This document shows, in pieces, positions 1 to 14,560 of a stretch of 64,000 nt of DNA. The DNA is from Iphione sp. A-MEVVRFRX5 (Eukaryota). The stretch lies in assembly GCA_976226885.1 (NCBI GenBank), contig OZ320313.1:94736001-94800000 (forward strand), in the 5' to 3' direction. The notes under the pieces are model-generated. The model was not told the origin of the DNA, searched no databases, and was given only the letters and a program-made list of their open reading frames with translations. The translations under genes were made by a program, and so were the position numbers. Positions within the stretch are counted from its first letter, which is position 1; each line of letters opens with the position of its first letter.

Positions 1-1699
1 CCCGGGACCAACACACATTGCTCCTGTTCTTCCTCGATTTCCGGCTTTGTTTATTGCATCACATGCCAAGCATACACGGCTCAATACATGAGCGGGTTAA
101 ATGCCGTGTAATGCCTTTATGGGATGATGGAAGGCCTGTTATCCTGACACTATGCAGTCATGTGCAACTAACATTCCTATCAATTAGATAAGAGCCAATT
201 TCACAACCCTAAATTCCAATAGCTGAATAATTAAATAACACACAATGAACAGTTCTGAAATCCTCCGACTGTCAGCTTTCATAAGAATTTTCTTGCATTC
301 AAATCGGACCATTATTGTCTGACTTCAGACTCAGAGTTTTAAACCAGATGATAACACAACCATATAACAAGACGGCCGGGAAACAATAAGTGGGTTTAGT
401 TTCTTCCTCACAAGAGAGTTCCACTATCCATTATCATAAAATCTTAAAGTAGGAAAATTTTCTTAAGTTTAGAACATGATTTTTACCTTATCCAACCAAT
501 TCAAAAGTATGACCTTCATCTTAAGAAGGAGGGACCTAATATTATGTGGTGCCTCTCTCTGCTCAGACTGTGGACAGACCAGATGGAACTGTCATTAGTT
601 GTGAAGTTGTGGCATATATAGCAGAATAGGCGGTTATACCTAAAATGTCGGCATTTTTGTCTGATACTTGCATTTATAGTTGTAAAATTAAAAATGTATG
701 ATGTATTATGACTGCTGCTCAGTAATATGTTAAAATTTACGCATGTTTTAATTGTTAACATGTCTGAAATTGAACGATCTTTAGTTGCCCCTAGTTCCTA
801 TTACATTAAATGAAATAAACATTACGTTGTATAATTAAGCAAGAATCTAATGATGCGAGGACTTTTGGCAGAATCATTAATATTGCAACATCAGGGTAGT
901 AGATAAGTTACATTTACACGAATGAAATAGGTGTCAAAAGCCCGGAATTCCCTTACTGAAGAACTCTGTAGCATAAATGTTTCTTGAAAATAACATTTCT
1001 TGCTGTTATGGGGACATTTTATGATTTAATGAGGATTTTGTGTCGTATTTAGACCTTTCTACTGACATTGCCATATGAATCTGTCACTTTGGTTTACAAT
1101 AAAATATATAACTATCAGGTCAGAAACAAACTACAAGTCTTCAACTTCACAGTTATTATATGCCATAGTTAGATATTATTGTACTTGATTCATGAAAGAA
1201 AAGAACATGTCGAATGAAACGTTTGGATGTATAAATCATAATTTTATCCTATAAATAAAGGAAAATTTGTTGATACCCACTCATACCTACAGGTTACACT
1301 GAGGTGTGAATACACCATTACACATCAACACAAACAAATATATGAAGATACTTTCATTAAAAACATAAGTAATAACACGTACTAAAATAAAAATACATAT
1401 CGATTCATGATACACACTCGTACATACAAACACACTCGAACACAAATGTACACTGATGTACAAATACATCATCTCACATAAATACACATTGATACAATGT
1501 ATGTGCATTTCTAGTAGAGAAAATTATGCATGATTTCTTGTCCCTGCATCCCCTGAAGAATGGTCATAGTTGAGAAAGCATTCCTAGGTGGTCTTTCCAT
1601 GTCCGCAGAACTAAATCTTTTCGAACAGTCATGTGCAGTTCCCTTTCCATGTTTGCGTCTGTGCACACTGGCTTGTATGTCACTATATTGTCGTAGTAG

Positions 1700-1960
1700 G
1701 AATTTTCTATGCTATGTAGCAATGTTATACGGATTACACTGCCTATATAAAACATTGGCCGACAGTAGTCCAGCCATGGGGAGGAGCTCTCATTGCTGTT
1801 AGAGAATTTTAATGTCACTATATTTTGTCTAATTTTGTTTGTTTTGATACTTTTTAAAATCATATACACAGGTACATCTTCCCTTTCATGAAATACTATA
1901 CAAAGAAAATATGCAAAGAATTATGTCTGGACTACCTTTTCAGTTAAGGAAATTCCTGTG
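1700..1960 (+). repeat. Dispersed repeat copy (unclassified), related to 16290-16935
   Basis: Shares the block CCTATATAAAA..TTG......TAGTCCAGCCATGGGGAGGAG.TCTCATTG and a downstream G(G/C)ACTAC(C/T)TTT block with two tandem copies near 16.3 and 16.7 kb; boundaries approximate. Confidence 0.6.
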
Positions 1961-4900
1961 CCGATATTGTAAACAAACAAAATGGCAACCAACATGCTAT
2001 ACTACAGCAAATATGTCAGCGATACCTTGGTGTTCACCGCCATTGAAATGTTCACTGATCACCAAACTGGATCTTGCACAGATGAACCCAGGTCCACGAT
2101 TCAGATTAAGAGACGTCAGGCTGGTATGTGACGTGTGTTTTATGTATGTGAGGCCATCGGTGGTTTTACAAATCTGCTTTACAGATTTTAATCAATAAAC
2201 ACTTCACTTACTCAACCTCTAACTCACTTCCCTTACTGCACACCTCACTGCTGCCTTTTATTCTGTAACAATCTTTCCTAACTGGTCCACTGATTGAGAC
2301 GTCGCAGGCTTGGGACTCTTGATCATAACTAGACAGATTTACTGTAGCCCTAAGCCAGAGCGGTGTATAACTTGTGAAAAGGCTGTGGGTGTATAGGATT
2401 CTGTCCCTTATGCACAAAAAGACTCCAGAAACCTATTTGAAATAAGTGTAGGGAGCAACCCCAGGTGTTCTGGTCTCTCAATTCTCAATAGTAGATGGTA
2501 CTATGCCACCCCAGGAGGATATGGAAAGGCTCTGTCTTGATGATAGCTGAAAATATTCCTGGTTAAAGATACAATGATATGAAAAGAAAATGAACCCTCT
2601 GCCAACTCCACACCTCGCCACTGCCTGCCAGACTGTTACACATTTCCTAGACTGTCTTCGTTCTCTACATCTTGCTATTGGCAGCCACTCTGTTATACAC
2701 TTCCCTAACCCTCTTCCCTCTACTCCACACCTCATCTGGTACCTGTCGGTCTGTAACACTTTTCTTTGATCCTCTGCAACTGCACTCTTCATTACTACCC
2801 TGTTCCCACTGAACACTTCACTCCTACAAGTTTCTAACATGCTTTATTCCCACTGATCCTTCCCCACCCTTCAAAGCAAACCAGCCGTCTATGAAATGTC
2901 CCCGACACTCTTCATATTCCAAACCTCTATGCTACACACAGTCTGCTTTTTCTGACTAGGCCCTGGTAACATCGATCTAAAGAAAGCAGTCCCTTCCTGT
3001 GTCAATATGATGGATCGCAGCAGCTAACACAGTGGACTAACATTCGGTTTGCTTTGGTCAAAAACATATCGTTAAAGCCTGTCCTTATAGTTTGTTTGAT
3101 AACATATATCGGCCAAGCACGGTTTTCTGTTTCATATTACACATCCCTAGATAGGGCTGGGGGACCACTGTTTAACTGTTGCCTCTCACCTGTTACTATA
3201 GTATTTATGCTAGTGGTGTTTCTGTCTGCTCCCGACATATTCAGCTAGAATCGTCAAATTTAATACACAGATCCTTCATGGCGAGTACTCCACGTGGACA
3301 TTCTCTCCTCTCGCTGTTAGTCTAAGAGATAGGGAGAGTACCAGTTGCTACATTCAGGATGTAGGATTAATAGGTAATGTAGTATGTCAGTTGTGGGTTA
3401 ACCTTTCAGGTGCGGTCAAATAAAGGGGACCCGAGGAGAGCCTAAGTTGGAGAATGGCAGGTGTCCTCGGATATTTACGGAGGGGTAAACTTTTTTGGTG
3501 AAGCGTTTTTGGGTATTTCAATTCTTCATGAAGTGTTATTTGTTCTCTGAATGGACCTTTCACCATTGGTTGAAGTAATGGGTAGTGCCAAGGTCATTTT
3601 TACGTAATTGTTACATTGTCCAGTTCTTGAGCGATTTGATTTGTTGATTCCCATTACGATGGCACACTTCATAAAAATGACGTCGGCACTACCTGTTACC
3701 TCAACCGCTGGCGAAAGGTCCATTGTACACGGAGCACCATAAAGCAATCACTAGTGAAGCGCCATCAAAGAATCATTTCTTGGTGAAGCTTTATCTGTCC
3801 CTTCATTCAGCCATATATGGATGCTTTAAATTCTTGGAGAAGTGTTATTGGGTATAGCGTGATCCCCCCTGTGTATTTTGAGCCTTAAAGCCAACAGTTG
3901 GCAGCATGGATGGTCACATGACATCATAGCCAACCATTCTTGGAGTGGGAATGACATCACAGTGGCTGATAAGCCATGTGTCCTTTACCCATATGTAGGT
4001 CAGGTACCTGGGTTGGAGGTGAAAGGGAGTGGGTTTCTCTCTTTGAGCTATTATAATGTTTGGGCACATAATAATCATTTGGCATTGACTTAAATGCTAA
4101 CCTTGACATTATGATGACCACACATGAAGAACTACCTTTAGATTAAATGCATATGTTCAAATTCTGATTGGTTTGTTTTCAGCAACCCATAGCGTTCACA
4201 AAAGAAAATGCAGCAGCTCCCTAATTATCACCCACTCTTCACCTCTGTAGTATTTTTGTTGAATAAAAACTTTTAGAAAGGGATGAAATTTGAGAAACTA
4301 ATTTGATTATTTAGATTAAAGATATACTTATGCATTTTTCACAATGGATTCATATGAAGCCACTGAAATATGTATTAATTTTGGCCTGACAACTCTTTGT
4401 TTACATCCTACTAGTAGCAAGTGCCCGGATTCCTCACTCCAAGGATAGCCAATCGATGCAAAGTTGATGGCCTGACCAGACGTCTCGTCTTTCTTAGGAC
4501 TATTTTTCGTGTTTTTTTTTCACAATGCCATTTTGGAGTTTTATATTCGATTGGCTTTCTTATTGGTTTGTATATCTGTTTATTGCATGGATACCATCTC
4601 GAACATTATCTAAAAGGCTGTTTACATGGTGGTGTGCTTGTTTTTCGACTTTTGTGAGTGTCGTGTATGCCACATGTTCAGTATACCCGCCGATAGCAGC
4701 TGGCATGCTTGTAAAGTCACCTGTTGAGCTGCTGTTTTGAACCATTGTCTACCGAAGAGTTTTTTGTTGTCGGCATTGGTTCCTGACATCGATGATAGAG
4801 AGAAAATGCACAGCTCTTCATGAAGAAGCAGCCAAATGTTGCTGAGCAGGGGGAGACCCCAGTCCCATCAATCAATGTTACAAAGCGACCACATGATCAT

Positions 4901-5199
4901 TCCATTTTTCGCGGAAATAGGGTCAAATTCAAGTCTGAAATGGTTTCTTGATTTTAAAAAAAGAAGGGGGGGTATTCCAAGGCAAAAATTCGTGACTTCA
5001 GAAAAATAGGGTTCTCTCTCCCTTTCATTCTCTCTCTCTCAGTGTAAATGGCAAGTTTTTTGTGCAGATCTTGTCTTCCAGACTCTGGAGACCCAGGGAG
5101 ACCAGTAGAATAAAGAGATGGACCTTTTCAGCTGGATAGACACTGTCTATCACATGATGGATGATATGAAATATTTTCTAATTTGCATATCATTTGGAT

Positions 5200-5403
5200 A
5201 AAAACCGCACAATTTCCACCAATGTGCTTCAACCTCCATGATAAACTGCACAGTTTCCACTGATATGCTTTGACGTCCATGAAAAACTGTGCAGTTTCCA
5301 CCAATATGCTTCAACCTCCATGAAAATCTGCACAATTTCCACAGATATGTCTCAGCCTCCATGAAAAACTGCACAATTTTCAATGATGACATGCCTCAAC
5401 CTC
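5200..5403. repeat. 41-bp minisatellite, about 5 copies
   Basis: GCACA(A/G)TTTCCAC recurs at 5207, 5248 and onward with a 41-bp period. Confidence 0.85.
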
Positions 5404-6440
5404 ATACTCACTCTCTCTCTCCCTCTCTCTCTCTTATTAATCCATAACACTAATATTAAAACAATTCTGTATGTGAAAATAGAATGGAAGAATTTATTCT
5501 TGAAATCTTGAAAAAGGGGGGTATCATAAGGGCCAAAAATTTATGTTTTGATGCAAATAGGGTCTTAAATTGCTCTCAAAATTCTTGAATAGGGGGTCTA
5601 AATTTTGGGGGGAACAATCAGGCGCGTCCACTTTTTTGTGGGAGTCAGGGGATTATGGGGGGGGGGGGACCATGCGGGGCAAGTCCTCGGTGGGTGGGAC
5701 AACTTGCAGTTAGGCCCAGTCTAGTACATCAACGCCGCACAGTTTGTCTGACCTCTGGGGTGGTGGTAATTTGACTTTATTGGCTTAGTACACCTCTGTT
5801 GGCTTGGGAGATTTGTTTCGTCCTGCTGGAGATGTTGGTTTGGACGATTTCTTCTTGATGATATTGTCCACCTCTCCCTCCCTGGTAGGTTAGATGTTTG
5901 CATTTGTTCTGGTTCATCAATTTGAATCTTACTGCTGCTATGCTCCTTTGAAATGACTGGCTTATGGATACAATGTCATATGATCATATCCCAGATGTAC
6001 ATCTGTTTGATGTTGTGTCCTAAAGTAAAGATCATACATATTTCACTGGTAAATTCAATGTAATCTAATTTTCAGTATTTTATACTGATCTTAGTATTCC
6101 ATTTCAGAAGACAGTCAATAAAACGTAATGTCAGTGTTAATATTCAGAAGCAAAGAGAGAGGCTCTTTAAATCTCCCCGTCTCACAATCTCCGACTCTCT
6201 TTCATTTGTCCTCTCTCATCCATTCTCTACCTGTCTATCTTTTCCCTCTCTCTCTTTGTTTCTCTCTTTGTCTCTCTGTCTTTCTCGTTCCCTCCCTCTC
6301 TCTCACTTATTGTCTCCTTTCCTATTTTCTTTCTTCTGTGTAACAGGCTGACCTACATGTATCTTTTTCATCCACGCTCCCTAATATCATCAATTACGAT
6401 TTGCTTAGCCTCCTCAATTATCTGTCTCCACCTTCATTTA

Positions 6441-6492
<52 letters not shown>
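6441..6492. repeat. C10 run followed by (TC)n microsatellite within a CT-rich tract
   Basis: Directly visible. Confidence 0.95.
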
Positions 6493-6494
<2 letters not shown>

Positions 6495-6589
6495 CCTCCC
6501 TCTCTCTCTTAGGTACACACACAGAGTTACACACAAAGAGGTGTTAAGTTCTAGCTTGGGGAAAAAAAATTAATGAGGAACTGGGGGGC

Positions 6590-8023
6590 GAGTGTTTTCG
6601 AGCGACTCAACATGACATCCTAAAGATAGTAAATGGCCGTAAGAATCATAAGGCTTCCAAGATAGGTAAAGTCCCTACGATCCTAGTGAAACGTATAATT
6701 GTCAGGAATATAGATGATTTCACAACACTGTTAAACAAAGGCTACAGAGTGGGTAAGGTACCTAGCGACTGAAAAAATGCATTGGTGATACTTCTTAATA
6801 AGGGAGGGAAAAGAGCCGCTATTTCCAATTATAGACCAATCAGCCTCTTCAGTATTATGTCAAAGGTGCAATTAAAGTTTGTTCATTCCGATATATATAT
6901 ATATATAGATATTTGGATGACAAGAGACTCCTTAGCTCAAGTCAATTTGGCTTCTACTCTGGTAAATCAACTGAGCAGGCAATATTTGCCTTGCTTGGCA
7001 AAGTTCATGAGAATGTAAATGCTGGTAAGTATGCCAGTAGGATATTCATAGATTTTCGAAAAGCTTTGTCGACTCTGTCGACCACGGCAAGCTGATAGAA
7101 CAAATTAACAAACTAGGCTTATCTAAGAGGAGAATGAGATGGATCAGGGGTTATCTAACTGGAAGGAGACAAACAGTCAAAGTCAGAATTTAAAACATGT
7201 GGTGTACCACAGGGCTCCATCTTAGGGCCTGTTCTTTTCAATTTTTATTAACAACCTGCCCAGTTCAGTTACTCACGCGGAAAGTATATTGTATGCCGAC
7301 GATGTTGTGTCATTAGCAGTGGGAGAAACACAAAATCAGTTGCAACATAAGTTAGGACTTTTCCTTGGGGAAGCAATGTCATGGTCCACAGAGTCAGGAA
7401 TTCAAATTAAGACAGAAAAGATATGCTGCATTGCAATTTTCGTATGACAGAAGGAGAAAATTTGACATTGGTAAAGCTATATGGGTTGAGAATGCTACAG
7501 TAAGGTGGTATCGAAGTCCACGTACTTGGGTGTAGTGGTGGACAGGCAACTGTCTATGGCACGAAATCGGTGGCCTATGGTACGGAGATTAACTGGTAAG
7601 TTGAAGTACTTCCGGAAAATTAGGTTGATGATGGCACAGAAAGAAGCACTTTTAATAGCAAGAAGTATGATCTTGCCCATCAGTGAATATGCCATCATCA
7701 CCAACACTAGCGAAAGAGGCCGGATCTCTACAAAATTATGTAGACTAAGGAAGAATATCTTGAATGTGGCTTTCGGGTTTCAAAAGGTAACTACAGATGA
7801 AGCAAGGGAAGAATATCTGAATATCAGGAACAAAAGGATATTATTAATTGGCTTCAGTATGGCCACTAAAGGAAAGTTAGGCAGAAATACTAGAGGGCGA
7901 TTAAGAAGGAGAATACCTGTCCAACGGCATAGAAGAGAGGGTTGTAGAATATCATTTGTCTATGTATATAGTATACTATGGACACTGCTGCCATCAAGTG
8001 TAGTTAATTTTGACTATACGTAA
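6590..8023 (+). mobile_element. Degenerate 5'-truncated CR1/L2-group LINE (RT region, element G)
   Basis: Fragmented frames give NYRPISL, QFGFYSG.STEQA, IDFRKA, GVPQGSILGP, YADD (about 7291) and a C-terminal YSILWTLLP; many frameshifts. Confidence 0.85.
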
Positions 8024-8909
8024 TTTAAAACCAAGCTACAGCAGGATCAAAAAGGTATAGAGCTTTGATAAGGGTACCTTAACTGCAAGTTTAACAAGGG
8101 ATATATAGTAAAGCCAAGGATAAGAAATGACATGATAGTATGGGTAAGGGGCACTGCCGCTACCTAATTTCGTTCTGACTACAGGCAATGAATTAGATGA
8201 AATTATGAACCTTTGGGAAATTCTGCGAGCATTACGGTATTTAGGTTATGAACTTTTTTGTTCGCTATAGGGATCAACATTTTAATTAGACGGACTCATG
8301 TAAGTGGAATGAATAATGGGACAACCTAGCACTTCACCACAGCAGTTATCATCATCATTAGACACCATTATTATCATCGTATTATTAATTCATTTGTTCA
8401 TCCGCCAATTCATATCAGACAAACTCATACACACACTCATCAATACCACCATTTCATTACTTATTCCATTGTAAAGACGTTGAGGAAAATTCTGGAACAA
8501 TATGCAATTTGTATCACCTATTCCAGTGGAAACTAAAGTTTTCAAAAATCTATCAAAGAGTTCATGTACCAGTAGATTATAAGTAAAGCATGGGGAGTAA
8601 ATGCCAGGCGACAAATCATGCATGTACATGTATTATCTGCTTTGCAGTCTCAACAGAGACCCTGCGATATGATGCTTTATACATGTTGTATACACTAGCT
8701 CTTTCGTGCTATTACTCTGTCGAAACCTTGCCCCGACAAATCACCGATACATTCAAATGTATCTGTTTAACATTACAGTTTTCATTACGCCGTCTATACA
8801 GCTGACGTATTCAGATATCTATAAATATCTCATTTCTGTGTATTTTTTTCTAAATATTTATTTCAGTATTTTGGATTTATTGTTCAGTAGCTATCTCATT
8901 TCAGTATTT

Positions 8910-9670
8910 TGTAACCTTTCCCCCAAAATCCTGCCATTCTTTTAGATATTCTTTACTTGAACACACCTGCCTCCACTTCATACGCCAAGCCCTCTTTACG
9001 TGTCCTAACCCTCCTCCGATGTAAAGCCCCACTCCTCTCACGGGGAGGAGGGGGAGCAGCCAGCCCCGCTTCGATAGGAATTACCCGAATAAGCCGGACA
9101 GGATCCATTACCATGGCAGTGTTTCGGCCGCCTGATCCCTCTCCCGGGATCTGTCTTGGAGAGTTCCACGTGTGGCCTCTACATTAGAAAGGGTTGTCCC
9201 AGATCAAGTCGGCTGACGTCGGGCTCTTATTTCATTATTTTGGATGTTTTGTTTTGCAGGTATTCATGTTTCATTATTTTGGATCTTTTGTTCTGTACAG
9301 ATCACATTTCATATCATATTCATATCATACAGATAATATTTTATACCTCTCCTGACTAGCTTTCATTTCGTTGACTGTGTGATTCTTGTTGGCTTTACAA
9401 ACCGAATACTGCAGCAGTTGTAGCTAGACCACTAGGTCACAAGGACGAACATATCTCTACTGTAAGTCCAGTCTACTGTAGTCCAGTCACCCCTAACACT
9501 ATTACTTGTGTCACCCGCACCACACCCTGTGCTCCAACCTCTTTATTGCCCCACCCCTGTGAACTGGAACTGTTTAAACATTAAAAATCCACTTCGACCG
9601 TTTTCCACGTGTTCCCAGCCTCCTTTCTTTCTTATTATTTCTCGTTCGATGGTGCAATTATCAGCTTACA
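8910..9670 (+). mobile_element. Possible solo LTR
   Basis: Starts TGTAACC and ends GCTTACA (imperfect terminal inverted repeat), with ATTAAA near 9581; flanks ATTT/TTTC do not form a clean TSD. Confidence 0.3.
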
Positions 9671-10287
9671 TTTCCTAGTTTAGTGACAAGAACTGTGACT
9701 TCCTCCCTCTGGAATCAAGCCAGAAATGTTGCGTAAAAGCGTTTTCTCCACGAAAGGAATGCGTGCTTCACATCAATTTTGTAGACCTGAGCATTTAGCT
9801 ATAGACGTCAACCGTCAGCTTTCTGTTCTATGTGGCCCTCTTTAAGTTGCCCACGCCAAAGGACAGTTTTCCCTTCTACAAGAGAAAGATAAATTTCCCC
9901 AGGGTTTAATCCTGATCCCATGCCTTGAAGTGCTCCGTGCTCCCAGGCCTCGTAACTTGCGTATATAAAGTGGGCTCTAGTTTCTTTTTTTAAGTGGTTT
10001 TAGTGTTGTATTGCGAAGGCTGGTGACTTATATTTCATTTTCATTTAGATGTAGTACCGAAGAACAAACAAAGGTCATAGTTTGTAAGTAGTGGAATCTT
10101 TATTTCTCTCCTCCTTCCCCGCTACATGTCCATGTGTCTGCCTATCCTTTTTCAGCCTCCCACTCCTGTCTCTATCCACCCGTCACTTTCTCTCCCATTC
10201 TCTCTGTGCCCGCTCCATGTCCGAGTGGCAGGAATCGAGTGAGAGAACGAGCGAGTGTACATGGGAAAGGCATTCCACTCAGACAGG

Positions 10288-10498
10288 TTACCTGCAGTGT
10301 GTCTCCTGTAATCCTTTGTATAGGTGTCTGTTACCTGTTGTGTGTCTCATGTAACCCTTTGTATAGGTGTTTGTTACCTGCTATTTATCTGCTGTAACCC
10401 TCTGTATAGGTGTCTGTTACGTGTAATGTGTCCCCTGTATAGATGTCACCTACCTGTTGTGTGTCTCCTGTAACCCTGTGTAAGAGTGCCTGTCACCC
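10288..10498. repeat. 43-bp minisatellite, about 5 copies
   Basis: TTACCTG at 10288, 10331, 10374 (43-bp period). Confidence 0.85.
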
Positions 10499-11739
10499 AA
10501 TCCTTTGTAGGAGTGTTTGTTGCCTGTGTGGGTGTGTCTGTGTGTCGGAGCGTGGATGGGAAGATGCCATTCTGTAAGTCAGATACATATCTGGTGAGTC
10601 ATGTACTTGACACATTCCCACAGTAACTCTTACTCGAGTACGCCTCATAATCCCGCCTGTGGGACTATACGCGGACAATGGGTTCCTCGGCATGTATCTT
10701 TAACATACAAAACTTACTATAGGATCAATAGACTGATGTATTCAGTAGATCTTCTGCAATACTTTTCTTCGCCGTCGCCGCTAATACCACCATTGTATGC
10801 ATATTTCAGCCTGGGCTTGCCAGACGTGTCGTGTTTACATCGTTATTTGCCGTGCCTCTGCCTGGCTCTCTGCTGTTGGCTGCGGCCCATGCTGGCTTGT
10901 CGGTCCAGGGAGGAGGATGGTGATGATTGGTCAGCCAAGCCCTGTGGTATAAGTGTAAATTCATGACGGGCTGGCAGGAGGCCTTTGTCACCCACACGCG
11001 CACGCCCAGCTATATAGTCAGGAAGAGAGAGACAGAGAAGGAGAGAGCGAGAGAGGGAAGATGGGGTGTGCGTGTGTGTCTGTCTGTGTTTGTGTCTGTG
11101 TCTATGTGTGAGGAATATGACCTGCATCAACAGGAGTTTGATATGTGCGATGTGGGAGGCCAAAACAATATGAGTGAAAATGTAGATTATAGAAAGAGGA
11201 CACCATAATGAGGGAAGAGGAAAGGGTAAACGAAAGGGTTTTGAAGATGAGAGGAAAGAGAGGAGAGGGACGAGAGAAGTAGGTGATTCATAGAAAGAGA
11301 GAGGAAGGATGGCAAGGGGAGAGAGAAGGCATGAGAGACAAGAGAAAAACGAAATAGGACTGCGTGGTCGAAGATAGAGAGATGCTGTAGCTTTGCTTAA
11401 TCTGTACCAGTCTCTACATTACACTAAGGTGGGATTTTCATAGACGTATTTCTGTCTCAGTAACCGCTCTATCATACAAAATCATGCAGCAGACTCCATG
11501 ATTCCTTTCAATGCACACATAAAAAAATACAAAAGACACAATGATACTTAGCAACCAGGCTGAGAACTTCTGATGGCTGCAGTCAACATATCGGGCATCC
11601 CAGGTACACAACCATATAGCGGAAAACGTATCGCCAGAAGATCAATGTTGTGATGGAAAACTCACCAAAGACCCAGTTATAATATGCCACCACCTGTCTG
11701 CACCATCCATCCCCAACCAAATGCAAACTGATAACTTTA

Positions 11740-14560
11740 TTGAATTGAATTGAATTGAATTGATTGCTTTATTGTCGTCTCTATAGATGAATTACAGAGA
11801 TGTCATTGACAATACTGGTGCAATATTTAAATACAACAAAAAGACAGTGCATTGGTGTGTAGATAATTAATCACAATATAAATAGAAAATGGAATAAATA
11901 GTTGAGAAATACATACAGTTGCAGCACAGCCGAAAATTGCATATGTGCGAATGACATGTTTCAATGTGGGAAAGAATAAACTCAAAGTGCAAATTTGAAA
12001 ATCAGGCAATACCTTAGTGATAGCACTTCTGTACTGCAGCAGGTGCAGTTTGCGTTGAGCATTAGACACGGTATCTCTGCCACTTGACTACTCAGATTTT
12101 TTTAATACACAATGGAGTGTTGTAGACATAAGCACACCTATGCTTTACCCTAGGCACAACTACGATTAACTTGGTAAAAGCACCAACCAAGATAGCTATC
12201 ACAGACATGATGTCTCAGCTTGGAGTTAGTAGTGAACAAAAATAGCGATAGGGGTCATAATGTCTCGCCTTTACATTGACACAGTTGATGCATTATTTGT
12301 ACAACGAATAGAACAAAAAGAAAAATAGTTTCACAAGATTCATCATACAATATACAATACGAAGATATATCTTTTGTTGACACATAAGATGCAAAGTAAG
12401 GAATACTGCTATCAACCGATAAGCATAATTGAATTGAAAAGACGACAGATTGGAGTAAATAGTGCAGTTTACATGCGGGATAATCATTTTAGACACAATT
12501 TGAAAGACTGAGATGATTTGGGACGATGTATGAAAAACGCGTTAGTATTAACCATGAGGCAGCTATCACAGAACACAATGTCGCGTCTTTACCATGACAT
12601 ATCGGTGCATAATCAATACAGTAATGGAAGAGTAATAAAATTCTTGCGGAAAATTGAGATACAATTTACACTACCGAGATACATCATTTCATGAACAATA
12701 AGGTGCTAAGTCCAGACTATTGCTATCGACTAGTGCACACAATCATTTCAATTTTAGTGTTAGTGGATAACACGATTATGCTGACATATAAGCATTGTCT
12801 TTAACTCACAATTTGCAGTTGTAACATGTTGGAAAACAGGAAATATTAACGTGCAATAGTTTATCAGGATCATCCCAAATCCCAGATCACTCCCCTTATG
12901 ATTTGCGGCTACCACCTTATCCGAGTCGAGACCCAGTTGAACCATAGTGTGCATCTCCATGTTTGTCCACGATCTAAGTTAGTGGCGAATAACACCTAGG
13001 ATCAGCTGCATTTTTGGTGTTGACCATTTAACCTTGCTGCTTTCTGGCAGCCGATTCCAATCACAAACCCCCTTATAACCCAACGACCTCGCATATTGCG
13101 CAGTTTTTGGTCTCTGTACTCTACCTCTTGTCAAAGCACCAAGTCGTGTCATCGTCGCCATGTCTCTTTCTAGCAGGTCGAGATGCATTAATCTGTGGAT
13201 TTGTTGAACACCATTGCAGTCAATTAGGCTATCTACTCTTGGGACACTGAATTTGCTTTGTAGTCGAGAAGCTGTTAGATGTGTGCAAGTTTGTATGCAG
13301 GCCCTAGCACACCTATTTACTACTATCTGTAGCTTCACCCTTTCAGATGGTCTAAGCATGTATAGGGCCGGCAGCTGATACTTTAAGTGCGACAGAACCA
13401 ACGACTCAAATAGCTGAGCCCTAATCCTTGCTGGCAAGTAGTGCTTAACCCTTGCTATTTTCCTAGCGGCAAACCACATCCTCTTTTTTAGCTCATTGAT
13501 AGTGGCTTTTGTTCCTAGTTTGGCCTCAATAACATGGCCTAGGAATTTCTGAGTACCGATCTGATTCATCTTATTGCCATGTAAGACCAGGTCTAAGTCT
13601 GTGCCACTTGCCTTACCCATTGCAGTATAAGAACACTTACTGGCACTCAGGACAAAGCCATTTTCAAGGCACCAATCACTAACTTTCACAACACTTCTCT
13701 CTGTTATGGCTCTTAGATTTAGTAGATCTTTCGCCGATGTGAGCAGTGTTAGATCATCTGCATAGATGACTGCATCAACCTCCTCTGGCAGACTCTTTAC
13801 AATGTCATCAAAGACCCAGATGAAGGCTGACGGACCGAATACCGATCCCTGGGGCACCCCTTGTTTTAGTGGTGCAACCTGGGACCGGTCTCCCCCACAC
13901 TCAACATATTGGCCTCGTTGTTCGAAGTAACTGCTAACCATGCCCACTGTTTTTCGTCCAACGCCTTTATTGCACAAGGCATCGATCACTTTAGTGTGGG
14001 GTACAAAGTCAAATGCCTTTTTCAGATCGAATGACACCAGGCAGGTGTATGCATCCTGGTTCATTCTGTCGCACAACATGGTCATCAGTTTGCAATAGGC
14101 AGTCGACGTTCCCCTCCCTTTGCGAAACCCATGCTGACTCGGGTTGAGGAGTCCACTTTGTTCAACATGCTCCACCAGCTGAGAGGTGAACCAGGTTTCG
14201 CAGATCTTCCCAGGCAGGGGAAGGATTGATACTGGCCTATAGTTGCAAAGTAAGTTTGTGTCCCCTTTTTTGTGGACGGGTGTCACTCTCGCCACTTTCC
14301 AGGATAGCGGGTATCGACCAGTTTTGAAGGTTTCACTGAAGAGCCATGCCAGGAAGTCTGGCACTCGCAAAAACAACGGTTTCAGTATCTTCGTTGGGAC
14401 CCCAGTGATACCTGATGACTTGGTAGTCTTAATCTTTTGCACAATTTTCACAATTTGCAAAGGAGTTGGGGGTGTTACCTCAAATGAGCCATACTCAGAT
14501 GTCCCTTCTTGTGTAACATAGTCCCTATTCTTAACTGCGCCACTGATTGTTGGAGACAGT
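11740..14560 (-). mobile_element. 5'-truncated CR1/L2-group LINE (element D), same family as A and C
   Basis: Uninterrupted RT ORF, about 1.2-kb 3'UTR, AATAAA (11768-11773 on minus) then an (ATTCA)n tail at 11741-11760; 5' boundary approximate. Confidence 0.9.
12979..14460 (-). CDS. Non-LTR reverse transcriptase (partial ORF2 of element D)
   Basis: NYRPVSILP, QHGFRKGRGT, FDLKKAFD, GVPQGSVFGP, YADD; collinear with the RT of element A; frame stays open upstream of the TTG used by the ORF track. Confidence 0.93.
   Translation of the reverse strand: MQIVKIVQKIKTTKSSGITGVPTKILKPLFLRVPDFLAWLFSETFKTGRYPLSWKVARVTPVHKKGDTNLLCNYRPVSILPLPGKICETWFTSQLVEHVEQSGLLNPSQHGFRKGRGTSTAYCKLMTMLCDRMNQDAYTCLVSFDLKKAFDFVPHTKVIDALCNKGVGRKTVGMVSSYFEQRGQYVECGGDRSQVAPLKQGVPQGSVFGPSAFIWVFDDIVKSLPEEVDAVIYADDLTLLTSAKDLLNLRAITERSVVKVSDWCLENGFVLSASKCSYTAMGKASGTDLDLVLHGNKMNQIGTQKFLGHVIEAKLGTKATINELKKRMWFAARKIARVKHYLPARIRAQLFESLVLSHLKYQLPALYMLRPSERVKLQIVVNRCARACIQTCTHLTASRLQSKFSVPRVDSLIDCNGVQQIHRLMHLDLLERDMATMTRLGALTRGRVQRPKTAQYARSLGYKGVCDWNRLPESSKVKWSTPKMQLILGVIRH

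Noticed and set aside
2082-2123. Possible small upstream DAPK1 exon (cag|ATGAAC...CTG|gtatgt)
   Set aside because: Neither open frame resembles the DAPK1 calmodulin-binding or linker region as I recall it, and there is no other support.
2400-4950. Patches that might be decayed TE coding sequence (ORFs 2478-2840, 3526-3747, 4560-4745)
   Set aside because: No recognisable motif, terminal repeat or TSD; cannot be supported without a search.
10760-11010. GC-richer island with CCAAT-like and TATA-like words, possibly an internal promoter or enhancer
   Set aside because: Short motifs alone are not evidence; it would need conservation or chromatin data.
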